Source: an uncultured Gemmatimonadales bacterium (GTDB taxonomy: Bacteria; Gemmatimonadota; Gemmatimonadetes; Longimicrobiales; RSA9). Taken from it: a DNA stretch of 64,000 nt. The notes under the pieces were generated by a model, which did no database searches, was not told the origin of the DNA, and saw only the letters and a program-made list of their open reading frames with translations. Position 1 is the first letter of the stretch. Each line of letters starts with the position of its first letter. Both the position numbers and the translations under genes were made by a program. Location: positions 1,440,001 through 1,504,000 of the forward strand of contig CAWFKH010000003.1 in the NCBI GenBank assembly GCA_963816355.1, written 5' to 3'. Positions 47,203-56,590 of this stretch are shown here, one piece after another.

Positions 47203-47793
47203 ATGCCGAATACCACAGCCGCCGATCTCTCGCGCGACGCCGCGAGCGCGCCGGCGCTCGACGCCGAAGCGGTGCGCGCGATCGTGCGTGAGGAGATCGA
47301 GCGCGCGCTGCGCAAGGACCCGGCGGCGCGCAAGGCCGCCATCATCGCGTCGAAGGGAACGCTCGACTGGGCCTACCCGCCCTTCATCCTCGCGACGGCG
47401 GCGGCCGCCTCCGGCATGGAGGTCTCGATGTTCTTCACCTTCTATGGGCTCAATCTCATCCGGAAGGACGCCGCGGAGAGGCTGCGGGTCTCCCCCGTCG
47501 GCAACCCCGGGATGCCGATGCCCCTCCCCCTGCCCGATCTGCTCACCGCGCTGCCCGGCATGCAGACGTTGGCGACCGGCATGATGAAGTCGATGTTCCG
47601 GCGGAAGAACGTCGCCACCATCGGCGAGTTGATCGACACCGCGCGCGAGCTCGACGTACGCCTCATCGCCTGCCGCATGACCATGGACGTCTTCGGCTAC
47701 GAAGAGGAGGACTTCATCGACGGCGTGGAGTTCGGGGGCGCCGTCGCCTTCCTCTCCGACGCGCGCAAGAGCCACGTCACCCTCTTCATCTGA
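47203..47793 (+). CDS. DsrE2-like (DsrE/F/DrsH) sulfur-carrier protein
   Basis: KGTLDWAYPPFILA, FFTFYGL and IACRMTMDVFG. Confidence 0.88.
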   Translation: MPNTTAADLSRDAASAPALDAEAVRAIVREEIERALRKDPAARKAAIIASKGTLDWAYPPFILATAAAASGMEVSMFFTFYGLNLIRKDAAERLRVSPVGNPGMPMPLPLPDLLTALPGMQTLATGMMKSMFRRKNVATIGELIDTARELDVRLIACRMTMDVFGYEEEDFIDGVEFGGAVAFLSDARKSHVTLFI

Positions 47794-47803
47794 CGGTACA
47801 GCC

Positions 47804-48049
47804 ATGAGCCAGCCACAGCCGGACAAGGTCCTCGACGCCCGAGGCCTGCTCTGCCCCATGCCGATCGTCAAAGCCTCGAAGGAGATGCGCGCCCTGGAGC
47901 CGGGACAGGTCCTCAAGGTCCTCGCCACCGACCGCGGCGCCATCGCCGACTTCCCCGCCTGGAGCGACGACACCGGCAACGAGCTCCTCGAATGGCACGA
48001 CGAGGACGGCGTCCTCGTCTTCTTCCTCAGGCGCGCCGCGGAGGGGTGA
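47804..48049 (+). CDS. tusA: TusA family sulfurtransferase
   Basis: LDARGLLCPMP. Confidence 0.92.
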   Translation: MSQPQPDKVLDARGLLCPMPIVKASKEMRALEPGQVLKVLATDRGAIADFPAWSDDTGNELLEWHDEDGVLVFFLRRAAEG

Positions 48050-48050
48050 C

Positions 48051-48857
48051 ATGGTCTTCAAACAGTTCCGCTACGAGCCCCTCGGCCAGGCCTCCTACCT
48101 CGTCGGCTGCAACCGCGCCAAGGAAGCCGTCGTCGTCGACCCCATCGAGAACCTCGGCGCCGAGTTCTACGTGCTCGAGGCCGCGGACCTCGGCGTCACC
48201 ATCGTCGGCGTGATCGAGACACACATCCACGCGGACTTCGTCTCCTGCGCCCGCGAGCTCGCCGAGATGGCCGGCGCGCCCCACTACCTCCACGAGGCCG
48301 CGCCGGCACGATACCCCTTCACGCCCCTCCGCGACGGACAGACGCTCCACATCGGAAAGATCGAGATCCAGGCGATCCACACACCCGGACACACCCCCGA
48401 GCACACCGCGTTCCTCGTCACCGACACCGCCCGCTCGAGCGACCCGTGGTTCCTCCTCAGCGGCGACTCCCTCTTCGTCGGCGACGTCGGACGCCCCGAC
48501 CTCCTCGTCGGCGATCAGGCCCTCGACGTCACCGACGAGGCTCAGCGCGCCCGCACCCAGTTCCGCTCCATCCGGAATCGCCTCTTCCAGCTCCCCGACC
48601 TGGTCGAGGTCTTCCCCAACCATTACGGCGTCTCCGCCTGCGGCGGCGTCAACATGAGCGGCAAGGTCAGCTCCACCATCGGCTTCGAAAAGCGCTTCAA
48701 CCTCGCAATGCAACGGCCCGACGCCGAAGCCTTCGCCCGCTTCGTGCACGAGACCGTGAAGCCGTTCCCCGCCGACTTCGCCGGCATCAAGAGCCGCAAC
48801 CTCGGCCTTCCCGCCGAGCCCGCCGCCCACTCCCACGCCCAGGAGGTGAGCCCGTGA
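48051..48857 (+). CDS. MBL-fold persulfide dioxygenase-like protein
   Basis: THIHADF, TPGHTPEH, GDSLFVGDVGRPDL and SSTIGFEK. Confidence 0.88.
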   Translation: MVFKQFRYEPLGQASYLVGCNRAKEAVVVDPIENLGAEFYVLEAADLGVTIVGVIETHIHADFVSCARELAEMAGAPHYLHEAAPARYPFTPLRDGQTLHIGKIEIQAIHTPGHTPEHTAFLVTDTARSSDPWFLLSGDSLFVGDVGRPDLLVGDQALDVTDEAQRARTQFRSIRNRLFQLPDLVEVFPNHYGVSACGGVNMSGKVSSTIGFEKRFNLAMQRPDAEAFARFVHETVKPFPADFAGIKSRNLGLPAEPAAHSHAQEVSP

Positions 48858-49471
48858 CGCCGCAGGACGTCCACACCGCCGCCGAGAAGGGCGCCATCGT
48901 GCTCGACATGCGGACTCCGCGCCCCTTCGCCGAGGAGCACATCCCCGGCGCCGTCAACCTCCAGTTCAACCGCGCCGACCTCGTCGACCGCGCCGAGATG
49001 ATCCTGCCCGCCGACGCCGATTACATCGTCCACGCCGAACCCGAGCCGATCGCGCGCATCGCCGCCAAGCTCCTCCAGGACGCCGGCTTCCGCGTGCGCG
49101 GGCACCTCGAGGGCGGCCTCGCCGCCTGGAGAAACGCCGGCCTCCCCACCGCCTCCCTGCCCGTCGTCGACGTCGACGACCTCAAGACCGGCCTCGAGCG
49201 CTTCCGCGTCCTCGACGTCCGCCTCGGCTTCGAGTTCCGCCACGCCCACGTCCCCGGCGCCGACAACATCGAGTGGACCGACACCTGGCGCCGCGCCGAC
49301 GAGGTCCCCGCCGGCCAGGCCATCGCCGTCGTCTGTGGAGACGAAGTCCGCAGCGCTGCCGCCGCCTCCATCCTCCAGCGCGCGGGCCGCAGCCCCACCC
49401 TCGTGCTCGGGGGCATGGTCGACTGGCTCGACCGCGGCTACCCCACCGAGAAGACGGCCCGCCCCGGCTGA
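48854..49471 (+). CDS. Tandem-domain rhodanese
   Basis: HIPGA and HVPGA; active loop CGDEVRS in domain 2 only. Confidence 0.88.
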   Translation: MTPQDVHTAAEKGAIVLDMRTPRPFAEEHIPGAVNLQFNRADLVDRAEMILPADADYIVHAEPEPIARIAAKLLQDAGFRVRGHLEGGLAAWRNAGLPTASLPVVDVDDLKTGLERFRVLDVRLGFEFRHAHVPGADNIEWTDTWRRADEVPAGQAIAVVCGDEVRSAAAASILQRAGRSPTLVLGGMVDWLDRGYPTEKTARPG

Positions 49472-49601
49472 GCACGTCCCGCGACGCGGCACGGCCAGCC
49501 GGGCGCGGCCCCGCAGCAACTCCGACCGCAGCGGCGCCCGGCGAGGGCGCCCCGCGACCGGCCCCGCGACCCCGCGACCGGCCGCGCGACCGCAGGGGCC
49601 C

Positions 49602-49631
49602 TTGCGATAAACGCCTACTCGATTATATAGT
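49602..49631 (+). promoter_or_regulatory. Possible sigma70 promoter of thioredoxin
   Basis: TTGCGA-N18-TATAGT in an AT-rich patch. Confidence 0.4.
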
Positions 49632-49752
49632 TGTTCGTGGCGGCGACGCCGGCCGCCGGCCCCATGCCGAGCGATCGGGGCCCGGGAAGGGCAGCAAGAG
49701 GCCGGCGGAGCGGGGGCGCGCCGGCACGACGACGACGAACGGCGAGGAGGCG

Positions 49753-50097
49753 ATGATGGCGAAGAACGTGGTGCGGGTGAACGACGAGAGTTTCGCCGCC
49801 GAAGTGGAAGCGAGCGACGGCCTCACGATCGTCGATTTCTGGGCGGAGTGGTGCGGGCCGTGCCGCATCATCGCGCCGGTGATCGAGGAGCTGGCGGAGA
49901 TGTACGCGGGGCGGGTGAAGTTCGTGAAGCTGAATGTGGACGAGAGCCCGCGGACGGCCTCGGAGTACGGCATCCGCAGCATTCCCACGCTCGGCTTCTT
50001 CCGTGACGGCACGCCGGAATTCGGCGTTGCCGGGGCGGTGCCGAAGCGGATGCTCGAGGAGAAGATCGAAGAGCTGCTCGGCGCGCGGGCGGCCTGA
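49753..50097 (+). CDS. trxA: Thioredoxin
   Basis: DFWAEWCGPC, SIPTL; GAGGAGG RBS. Confidence 0.95.
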   Translation: MMAKNVVRVNDESFAAEVEASDGLTIVDFWAEWCGPCRIIAPVIEELAEMYAGRVKFVKLNVDESPRTASEYGIRSIPTLGFFRDGTPEFGVAGAVPKRMLEEKIEELLGARAA

Positions 50098-50140
50098 GCC
50101 GCCCGCGCCACCGGCGCTCTTCACGCGTCGAACGCGCCGA

Positions 50141-50734
50141 TCAGGCGCCGGCGCCTTCCTGTTCGGAGCCCTCCTCCGACTCCTCCAGCACCGCCTGGAC
50201 GTCGATCGAGATCCGCACGTCGTTCCCCACCAGGAGACCGCCCGCCTCGAGGAGCTGGTTCCACTCGAGGCCGTAGCGGCGGCGATCGATGGTCGTCTTC
50301 GCGGTGAATCCGATGCGCTGTCCGCCCCACGGATCGCCCGTGCGACCTTCCTCGCGACCCTCCAGGGTCACCTCTTCGCTCACGCCGCGGATCGTCAGCT
50401 CCCCGACCAGCCGGAAGCGGCCGTTCTCCTCCATCTCGACCCGCTTGCTGCGGAAGACCAGCGTCGGATGCTTCTCGACGTCGAGAAAATCCGCGGAGCG
50501 CAGATGCGCGTCCCGCTGCTCCTCGCGCGTGTCGATGCTCGCGGCACCGATCTCCGCCTCGACCGTCGACCGCTCCGGATTCTCATCGTCGATGACGATC
50601 GTGCCGGACACCTCCGAAAAGCGCCCCTTCACGGTCGTGATCATCATGTGCTTCACGGCGAACTCGATGTCCGTGTGCGCCGGATCGATCTTCCATGTGC
50701 TCGTCGCCTGACGTGCCGCTGTCGTCTCGCTCAT
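50141..50734 (-). CDS. yceI: YceI family protein
   Basis: WKIDPAH, KHMMI..VKGRF, RDAHLRSADF and GELTIRG. Confidence 0.92.
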   Translation of the reverse strand: MSETTAARQATSTWKIDPAHTDIEFAVKHMMITTVKGRFSEVSGTIVIDDENPERSTVEAEIGAASIDTREEQRDAHLRSADFLDVEKHPTLVFRSKRVEMEENGRFRLVGELTIRGVSEEVTLEGREEGRTGDPWGGQRIGFTAKTTIDRRRYGLEWNQLLEAGGLLVGNDVRISIDVQAVLEESEEGSEQEGAGA

Positions 50735-50879
50735 CTCCACCTGCTCCTGGTTTCTGCGGGGACCTCCGCCACTCCGCGAGCCGGGTCCGCCCCCTTCCCC
50801 CGGCCGCGCCGTCCGGACATTCCGGACGGCCAGGTTCGCGCCGCTCGCGTTCCGCGGCGCAAACGCCTCGATTTCTTAC

Positions 50880-50895
50880 ATCTTTACATCAAGAT
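50880..50895. promoter_or_regulatory. Putative MarR operator upstream of yceI
   Basis: ATCTTTACATCAAGAT, matching the site at 51441. Confidence 0.7.
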
Positions 50896-50968
50896 ATATG
50901 CCCACAGCGACAAGCCCTCCGCGGCTCACCGCCGCACCCACGGACCGAAGGAACGACGGACGGACGCG

Positions 50969-51442
50969 CTACGCTCCCGCCGCGCCGGTGCCCAGACGCT
51001 TCAGGAGCGCCGTCGCGATACGCTGCTCCTCGCTCGTCAGGCCGCGCATGACCTCCTCGATGCGCGCGGCGTGCTCAGGAAAGAGCTCTCGCACCAGCGC
51101 GCTGCCCGCCTCCGTGAGCTCCGCGTACTGCACGCGCCGGTCGTGCTCGCACTGGCGGCGCCGCAGCAATCCACGCTCCTGGAGCTTGTCGATCACGTAT
51201 GTCGTGCTGCCGCTCGTGAGCAGGATGCGACTGCCCACCTCTCCGATCGGCAGCGGTCCGCGGTGGTGCAATACCTCCAGCACCCCGAACTCCGTCGCCC
51301 CGAGCCCGTGACGCTCGATGTCGCGCCGCGACTGCTCCGCGATCGCGCGGGCGGCGCGGCTCAGCACCACCCACAGCTTGAGCGCGGTGCGCGTCTCGAC
51401 GCCGAGCTCGGCGTCCTGCTGGAGCATGGCCGGGTCATTCAT
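50969..51442 (-). CDS. MarR family regulator (MhqR-like)
   Basis: LKLWVVLSRA, EFGVLEVL, SGSTTYVIDKL and DRRV..AELT..G. Confidence 0.9.
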   Translation of the reverse strand: MNDPAMLQQDAELGVETRTALKLWVVLSRAARAIAEQSRRDIERHGLGATEFGVLEVLHHRGPLPIGEVGSRILLTSGSTTYVIDKLQERGLLRRRQCEHDRRVQYAELTEAGSALVRELFPEHAARIEEVMRGLTSEEQRIATALLKRLGTGAAGA

Positions 51443-51456
51443 CTTGAAATCAAGAT
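51441..51456. promoter_or_regulatory. Putative MarR autoregulatory operator overlapping its start codon
   Basis: ATCTTGA-AA-TCAAGAT palindrome. Confidence 0.72.
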
Positions 51457-51613
51457 AATACGGCCGCCGCCCCCGCGCAAGAGGACGCGAGGGGCGACGG
51501 CGGAGCACGGCCAGCGCGGCGGAGGAGGGCCCGCGCGGCGGCGCGGGCCGGGGATCGAGGAGGGCCGGTGATCTGAGGTAGGCCGGCGATCTGGGGAGGG
51601 CCGGCGCGGCGCG

Positions 51614-53740
51614 TCAGAAGCGGCCGCCGATATCGGCGTAGATGCGGCGGTCACCGTGGGTGTCGGCGCCGTAGCCGAGGGAGAGCTCTCCGAAGGGTGT
51701 CGACCAGAGGATGCCGGCCTCGGCGCCGTACCACCCGCGGGGGGCCGCCGGCTCGCCGGGCCGATCGGCGGCGATGGCGGCGCGCAGGCGGAGACGGGCG
51801 AAGGCGCCGCCGAGGAGTACGGGGCGGGCGAGGTCCAGGCCGCCGATCGTGAGCGTGCGGGCGCGCACCTCGCCCCAGCGGAGGCCGGGGAGGGCGTGCT
51901 CGTCGCCGAGAGCGGGCAGGCGGTCCGGGGTCGGATCGCCGGCCACGCCGCGATAGGTGAAGACGGCGGCAGCGCGGGTGTCGCCGAGCGGGTGCGTCCA
52001 GGAGGCGGCGACGTCGGCGGCACGGTAGGCGACGTCGCCGGTCCGCAGCGCGAGCTCGAGGCGCAGCGGGATACCGACCGGCGTGCCGCTGGGGAGCGGC
52101 CGCAGCAGGCGGAGCTCGGGGCCGGCCGAGAGGCCATGGGGCGCGTCGAGCCCCGCTCCGAGGGTGATGTTCTCGACGACGAGCCGAGCGTCGGCGATCC
52201 AGGCAGGCTCGAAACGGCGCCACCGGACGCCGCCCCAGAGACCGAGGTGTCGGACGCGCGGCGCCGCGACGATGCGCCGGTCGCCGAACACTCGTGCGCG
52301 CGCATCGGCGGCGAACGCGCCGGCGGCGAGCGCGGCGTTCGCGAGGTGGGGAAGGAACGCTCTCGCGTCGACGCTGGCGTCGCGTCGCACGCCGTCGGCG
52401 GAGGCGGCGATGCGCAGCTCGGCGGGGAAAGCGGCGTGGGCGCGCCCCCGCGCTGCGAGCCAGAGACGGGGGCCTCGGTCGCCGTCCCAGCCGGCGGCGC
52501 CGATCACGTCCGAGGCAGGCCGTGGAACGACGCGAAGGCGAAGGGTGTCGCCGCGGACGGCGGGCCAGACGGCGTCGACGAAGCCGGTGGCGTAGAGGCG
52601 GTCGACGGCCGCGAGGACGGCGGCGGGATCGTAGGGGCCGGGGACGACGTCGGCGAAGGCGGCGCGCGCGAGGTCGGACGTCGCGGCATCGTCGCCGGAC
52701 AGCTCGAGATGGCGCAACCGCGCCGGCGGCGGCAGAGCGCGCCGCCGCGGCGTCGTCACTCCGGCGCCGCCCGCGTGCGACGGAGCGAGCGTCTGGAGCG
52801 CGGCGCGCAGCCCCGCGTCGAGCAGGAAGGAGGCGTCGCGGGGGAAGATGAGGGAGGGCCACTCCGGCGGCACCGAGGGGCGCACGAGGGCATCGGCGCG
52901 GGCGGAGTCGCCGGCGTTCTGGAGAAGGAGGCGCAGGCCGCGAATCCCGACGGCGTATGGATTGTGGCTGTCGACGGCGGTGTCGGGGTGGACGACGTCG
53001 CTCGCGATGACGAAGGGGTAGCCGAGCGATCGCGCGACCGTGACGGGCAGATTCTCGTCGATGCCGCCGTCGACGAGCACGTGGCCGCGGTCGACCACGG
53101 GCGCGAAGACGCCGGGTATCGCCATGCTGGCGCGGACGGCGAGCGGCAGGATGCCTTCGGCCAGGACCACGCCGTGGCCGTCGCCGAGGTCGGCGGCGAC
53201 GGCGCGGAAGCGGCGAGGCAGGCGGTCGAAGCGGCCGCCGGCGCGCGCGTCGGCGTCGAAGAGGAGCCGGATGAGGACGCGATCGATGCGCGCCTCGGGC
53301 AGGATCCCCTGCGGCGCGGCGGGTCCGAACGGCAGGGGCCAGCGCAGCATCGGGCGGCGCGCGGCCGGCGCGCCTCCGAGGAGGACGGCGTCCGCGTCGA
53401 AGAGAGCGCCCCAGTCCTCGTCGCGGATGATGTCCACGATGGCGGCAGGGGCGTAGCCGGCGGCGTAGAGCGCACCGATGATCGCCCCCATGCTCGTACC
53501 CACGACGAGGTCCGGATCGTACCCGAGGCGCTCCACCCCCAGCAGCACGCCGGCGTGCGCGAGGCCGCGTGCGCCGCCGCCGCCCAGCACGAGCGCGCGC
53601 GGAAGACCGGGCGCGGGGAGCGCGGCTTGCGCCGGCGGCGCCGAATCGGGGGGCGGGGGAGTCGAAGGCGGCCCCTGCGCGGCTGCGCCGCGCGCCGCGG
53701 CCGCGGCCAGGACCAGGGGGAGCGCGAAGACGAGCAGAAT
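51614..53740 (-). CDS. Patatin-like phospholipase with POTRA-like and beta-barrel C-terminus (start uncertain)
   Basis: GGGGARG, GTSMG and DGG motifs; C-terminal YADIGGRF. Confidence 0.85.
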   Translation of the reverse strand: MLLVFALPLVLAAAAARGAAAQGPPSTPPPPDSAPPAQAALPAPGLPRALVLGGGGARGLAHAGVLLGVERLGYDPDLVVGTSMGAIIGALYAAGYAPAAIVDIIRDEDWGALFDADAVLLGGAPAARRPMLRWPLPFGPAAPQGILPEARIDRVLIRLLFDADARAGGRFDRLPRRFRAVAADLGDGHGVVLAEGILPLAVRASMAIPGVFAPVVDRGHVLVDGGIDENLPVTVARSLGYPFVIASDVVHPDTAVDSHNPYAVGIRGLRLLLQNAGDSARADALVRPSVPPEWPSLIFPRDASFLLDAGLRAALQTLAPSHAGGAGVTTPRRRALPPPARLRHLELSGDDAATSDLARAAFADVVPGPYDPAAVLAAVDRLYATGFVDAVWPAVRGDTLRLRVVPRPASDVIGAAGWDGDRGPRLWLAARGRAHAAFPAELRIAASADGVRRDASVDARAFLPHLANAALAAGAFAADARARVFGDRRIVAAPRVRHLGLWGGVRWRRFEPAWIADARLVVENITLGAGLDAPHGLSAGPELRLLRPLPSGTPVGIPLRLELALRTGDVAYRAADVAASWTHPLGDTRAAAVFTYRGVAGDPTPDRLPALGDEHALPGLRWGEVRARTLTIGGLDLARPVLLGGAFARLRLRAAIAADRPGEPAAPRGWYGAEAGILWSTPFGELSLGYGADTHGDRRIYADIGGRF

Positions 53741-53783
53741 CGCGGGACTGGAGCGCGGGCCGCGGTGATGATACCATAGACCG

Positions 53784-54152
53784 ATGAAGCTGATCGTGCG
53801 TCTCCTCATCACGGCGGCGGCTCTGTGGGTCGCGGTGCGGCTGATTCCCGGCATCTCCTACGCCGGCGACCCGCTGGGACTCGTTCTCGTCGCGCTCGTC
53901 TTCGGCGCGTTGAACGCGGTCGTGCGCCCGGTCCTCGTGCTGCTGACGTGTCCGCTCGTGCTGCTCACGCTCGGGATCTTCATCCTGGTCCTGAACGGCG
54001 TGCTGCTCTGGCTCACGAGCGCGGTGTCCGGCGCGATCGGCCTCGGCTTCCACGTGGCGGGGTTCGGGGCGGCGTTCATTGGAGCGCTCGTCGTCGGCAT
54101 CGTGAGCATGCTGCTGACGGTCTTCGTAGGAGATCCGGCGCGCAAGGGGTGA
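53784..54152 (+). CDS. YvlD/phage-holin-4-like 4-TM membrane protein
   Basis: LNAVVRPVL...PL..LTLG.F.LV.NG. Confidence 0.85.
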   Translation: MKLIVRLLITAAALWVAVRLIPGISYAGDPLGLVLVALVFGALNAVVRPVLVLLTCPLVLLTLGIFILVLNGVLLWLTSAVSGAIGLGFHVAGFGAAFIGALVVGIVSMLLTVFVGDPARKG

Positions 54153-54279
54153 GCCCACGGCGTTGATGCCGGCTTCGGACGACGCACATTCCAGAATCGC
54201 GGTTCCCGGACGAATCCTTTCCGGCGCGTGGCTTGCGAACGGCGAGCCGCGTCTGGTCCCCGGCGGAACGGAGGTCGCC

Positions 54280-55407
54280 TTGTCCACTGCCACCTATGAT
54301 CGCTGGCTGCCGATCGGCGCCCGCGCGCTCCCGCGGGAAGAGCTCTGGCTGGTCGGCCCCTTCTACGACCTCGCGTTCATCATCTTCTCCGCAGCGCTGC
54401 TCCTGTTCCCGCACATCAGCCACGCCTTCAGCGGGAGCAACATCTTCGTCGACCTGTTGGTGACGATGGTGATCGGCGGACCGCACCTCTTCGCCACCTA
54501 CACAATGACGCTGATGGAGCCGCAGTTCCGCGAGCGCTACCCGATCTACTCTAGGGGCGCCTTCCTGCTCCCCTTCCTCATCGTGGGCCTCGCGATCTGG
54601 AACCTGACGCTGCTCGTCACCGTCTTCTTCTTCTGGGCCTCCGTGCACGTGATCCACCAGGCCGCCTTCATCGCCGACGCGTATCGCATGAAGGACCCGC
54701 GCGGCTGGACGTGGACCACGCGCGCCATCGATTACGGCCTCCTCTTCACCTGCATGTACCCGATCGCGACGAGCAAGCTGATCAACGGGGAGTTCGTCAC
54801 CGGCGGCCGGCACCTGCTCTTCCCCGCCTTCCTCCGCATGCGCTTCCTGCCGAGCCTCGTGTGGACCGCCTTCCTCTTCTTCCTCGCCGCCTTCGTCGTC
54901 AAGACGGTCCACGAGATTCGCAGCGGCCGCTTTCACGGGCCCAAGACGCTGCACATGACGCTCGCTTCCGGGCTCTTCTTCCTCACCCCCGCGCTCCGCA
55001 ACCTCGACGTGGCGTTCCAGGGCCTCAACGTCTGGCACTCGTTCCAGTACCTGGCCGTCGTCCTCTACCTGAACCGCCTGCGCGCCCAGAGGGGCCTCAT
55101 CGGATCGCGCGCCGTCGCCGCCATCTCGCGTCGCGGCTGGAGACTCTACGGCCTCTGTCTCGCCTTCACCCTCGGCGCCGGCCTCCTCTTCCTCGCCGTG
55201 CTCGCCATCGTCGTCCACATCGGGGCCTTCGCCACCGGCACGCCGATGCACAACCCGCTCTTCGGAACCGTCGCCAGCGACCAGCACTATTTCGCCTTCT
55301 ACAGCGTCGTCCTCTCCTTCCTCCTCGTCCACTACTACTTCGACCACTTCATCTTCCTCGGTCAGGACGAGCGGATCACGCCCACGTTCGCACCCCTGCG
55401 GGCGTGA
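54280..55407 (+). CDS. Uncharacterised polytopic membrane protein with four His motifs
   Basis: GGAGG RBS and TTG start; PHLFAT, HVIHQ, HSFQY and HYYFDH. Confidence 0.75.
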   Translation: MSTATYDRWLPIGARALPREELWLVGPFYDLAFIIFSAALLLFPHISHAFSGSNIFVDLLVTMVIGGPHLFATYTMTLMEPQFRERYPIYSRGAFLLPFLIVGLAIWNLTLLVTVFFFWASVHVIHQAAFIADAYRMKDPRGWTWTTRAIDYGLLFTCMYPIATSKLINGEFVTGGRHLLFPAFLRMRFLPSLVWTAFLFFLAAFVVKTVHEIRSGRFHGPKTLHMTLASGLFFLTPALRNLDVAFQGLNVWHSFQYLAVVLYLNRLRAQRGLIGSRAVAAISRRGWRLYGLCLAFTLGAGLLFLAVLAIVVHIGAFATGTPMHNPLFGTVASDQHYFAFYSVVLSFLLVHYYFDHFIFLGQDERITPTFAPLRA

Positions 55408-55413
55408 GGCGGA

Positions 55414-55767
55414 TCAGGCCGTGAGGACTTCCTTCAGGACCACGAGGAGCTCCGTAGGCAGGACCGGCTTGTGGAGGAAGCGGACAAAGAGGTCAGGGCG
55501 GTCGATCGAGTCGTAGGCGCTGATACCGATGATCGGGATCGCTCGCGTCGTCGCCTCCGCCTTGATCCGCTCCGACGCTCCGATCCCGTCCAGCCGCGGC
55601 ATCGAGATGTCCATCAGGACGACGTCCGGCCGCATCATCCCCGCCTTCTCCACGCCGTCCAATCCGTCGCGCGCCGTGTCGACGGAGAAGCCCCAGTGCT
55701 CGAGCACCGCAGCGAGCATCTCGCGCACGTCGATGTTGTCCTCCACGATCAGGACCGAGTGGCGCAT
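55414..55767 (-). CDS. Single-domain response regulator
   Basis: LIVEDN, LMDISMPRLDG, SA, KP. Confidence 0.9.
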   Translation of the reverse strand: MRHSVLIVEDNIDVREMLAAVLEHWGFSVDTARDGLDGVEKAGMMRPDVVLMDISMPRLDGIGASERIKAEATTRAIPIIGISAYDSIDRPDLFVRFLHKPVLPTELLVVLKEVLTA

Positions 55768-55930
55768 CGCTTCGTTCACAGGAGATGACGGGAAGACGGG
55801 GTCCACCGCCGAACCCCGAAAAACCGTTTCTCCCGCTGCACACTCCGGACCGGGCCGTGGAATGCTGCACCGGCGCCACGCGCGTGCGCCAGGAACGGCG
55901 CAGCGACGCAACAGGTGTGGCACGACACCG

Positions 55931-56590
55931 TCACACCCGCACCTGCGACGCGATCGCGTAGCTCAGGACCGCCGCCACGACGCGACCGGGCCCGTGCACG
56001 CCGCGAACGAGGATGCCGCCGATGTCGGCCGACTTGCTCGGGCCGGAGTGGAGGGCGAAAGCGGCAGGTGCTTCGAGGGGGACGGCGCGGAGGGCGGCGG
56101 CGAGCGTGGGGCGGATGTCGGGAGCGGGCAGCCAGACGAGGTGGACGGGAGGGAGGAGCTGGGCGGCGCGGCCGTCGCGGCCGTCGAGGAGGAGCGATCC
56201 GGTGTCCGCGGCGGCCGCCCGCGCGAGGGAGACGCCGAGGTCCGCGGCGGCGGCGGGTGCGTGGGAGAGGCGCGGGCGGAGCGAAGCGGGGACGAGCGTT
56301 CCGACCGCCGCGGAGTGGAAGGCGTGGGCGAACCGTTCGAGCCAGGCGGCGGCGCTCCCGGCGTCATCGAGGACGACGACCTCACCGCCCGCGGCGGTGA
56401 ACGCGGCGGCGAAGCGGTCGATCGTTGCGGCGTCGGCACGGTCGGGGTTCTCGGCGTCGGCGCGGTCGGGGTTCTCGGCGTCGGCCGCGGTGAGGGGCGG
56501 CGCCGGGCCGGGGTGGCCGGCGGCGGGCAAGGCGCGCGCAGCGTCGCGAAGTCGCTCCAGGATGCGGCGGCGGCCCGGGTCGTCGGACAT
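55931..56590 (-). CDS. lutC: Lactate utilisation protein LutC (LUD domain)
   Basis: ADTGSL, LLPPVH and SGPSKSADI...GVHGP. Confidence 0.88.
   Translation of the reverse strand: MSDDPGRRRILERLRDAARALPAAGHPGPAPPLTAADAENPDRADAENPDRADAATIDRFAAAFTAAGGEVVVLDDAGSAAAWLERFAHAFHSAAVGTLVPASLRPRLSHAPAAAADLGVSLARAAAADTGSLLLDGRDGRAAQLLPPVHLVWLPAPDIRPTLAAALRAVPLEAPAAFALHSGPSKSADIGGILVRGVHGPGRVVAAVLSYAIASQVRV
56428..56485. repeat. In-frame 24-bp tandem duplication in lutC (ADAENPDR x2)
   Basis: CGGCGTCGGC(A/G)CGGTCGGGGTTCT repeated. Confidence 0.85.

Noticed and set aside
51441..51456. FNR box
   Set aside because: The spacing does not fit TTGAT-N4-ATCAA; better explained as a MarR operator
53784..54152. 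Prophage suggested by a holin-family protein
   Set aside because: This family is common on chromosomes; no endolysin, integrase or structural genes are nearby
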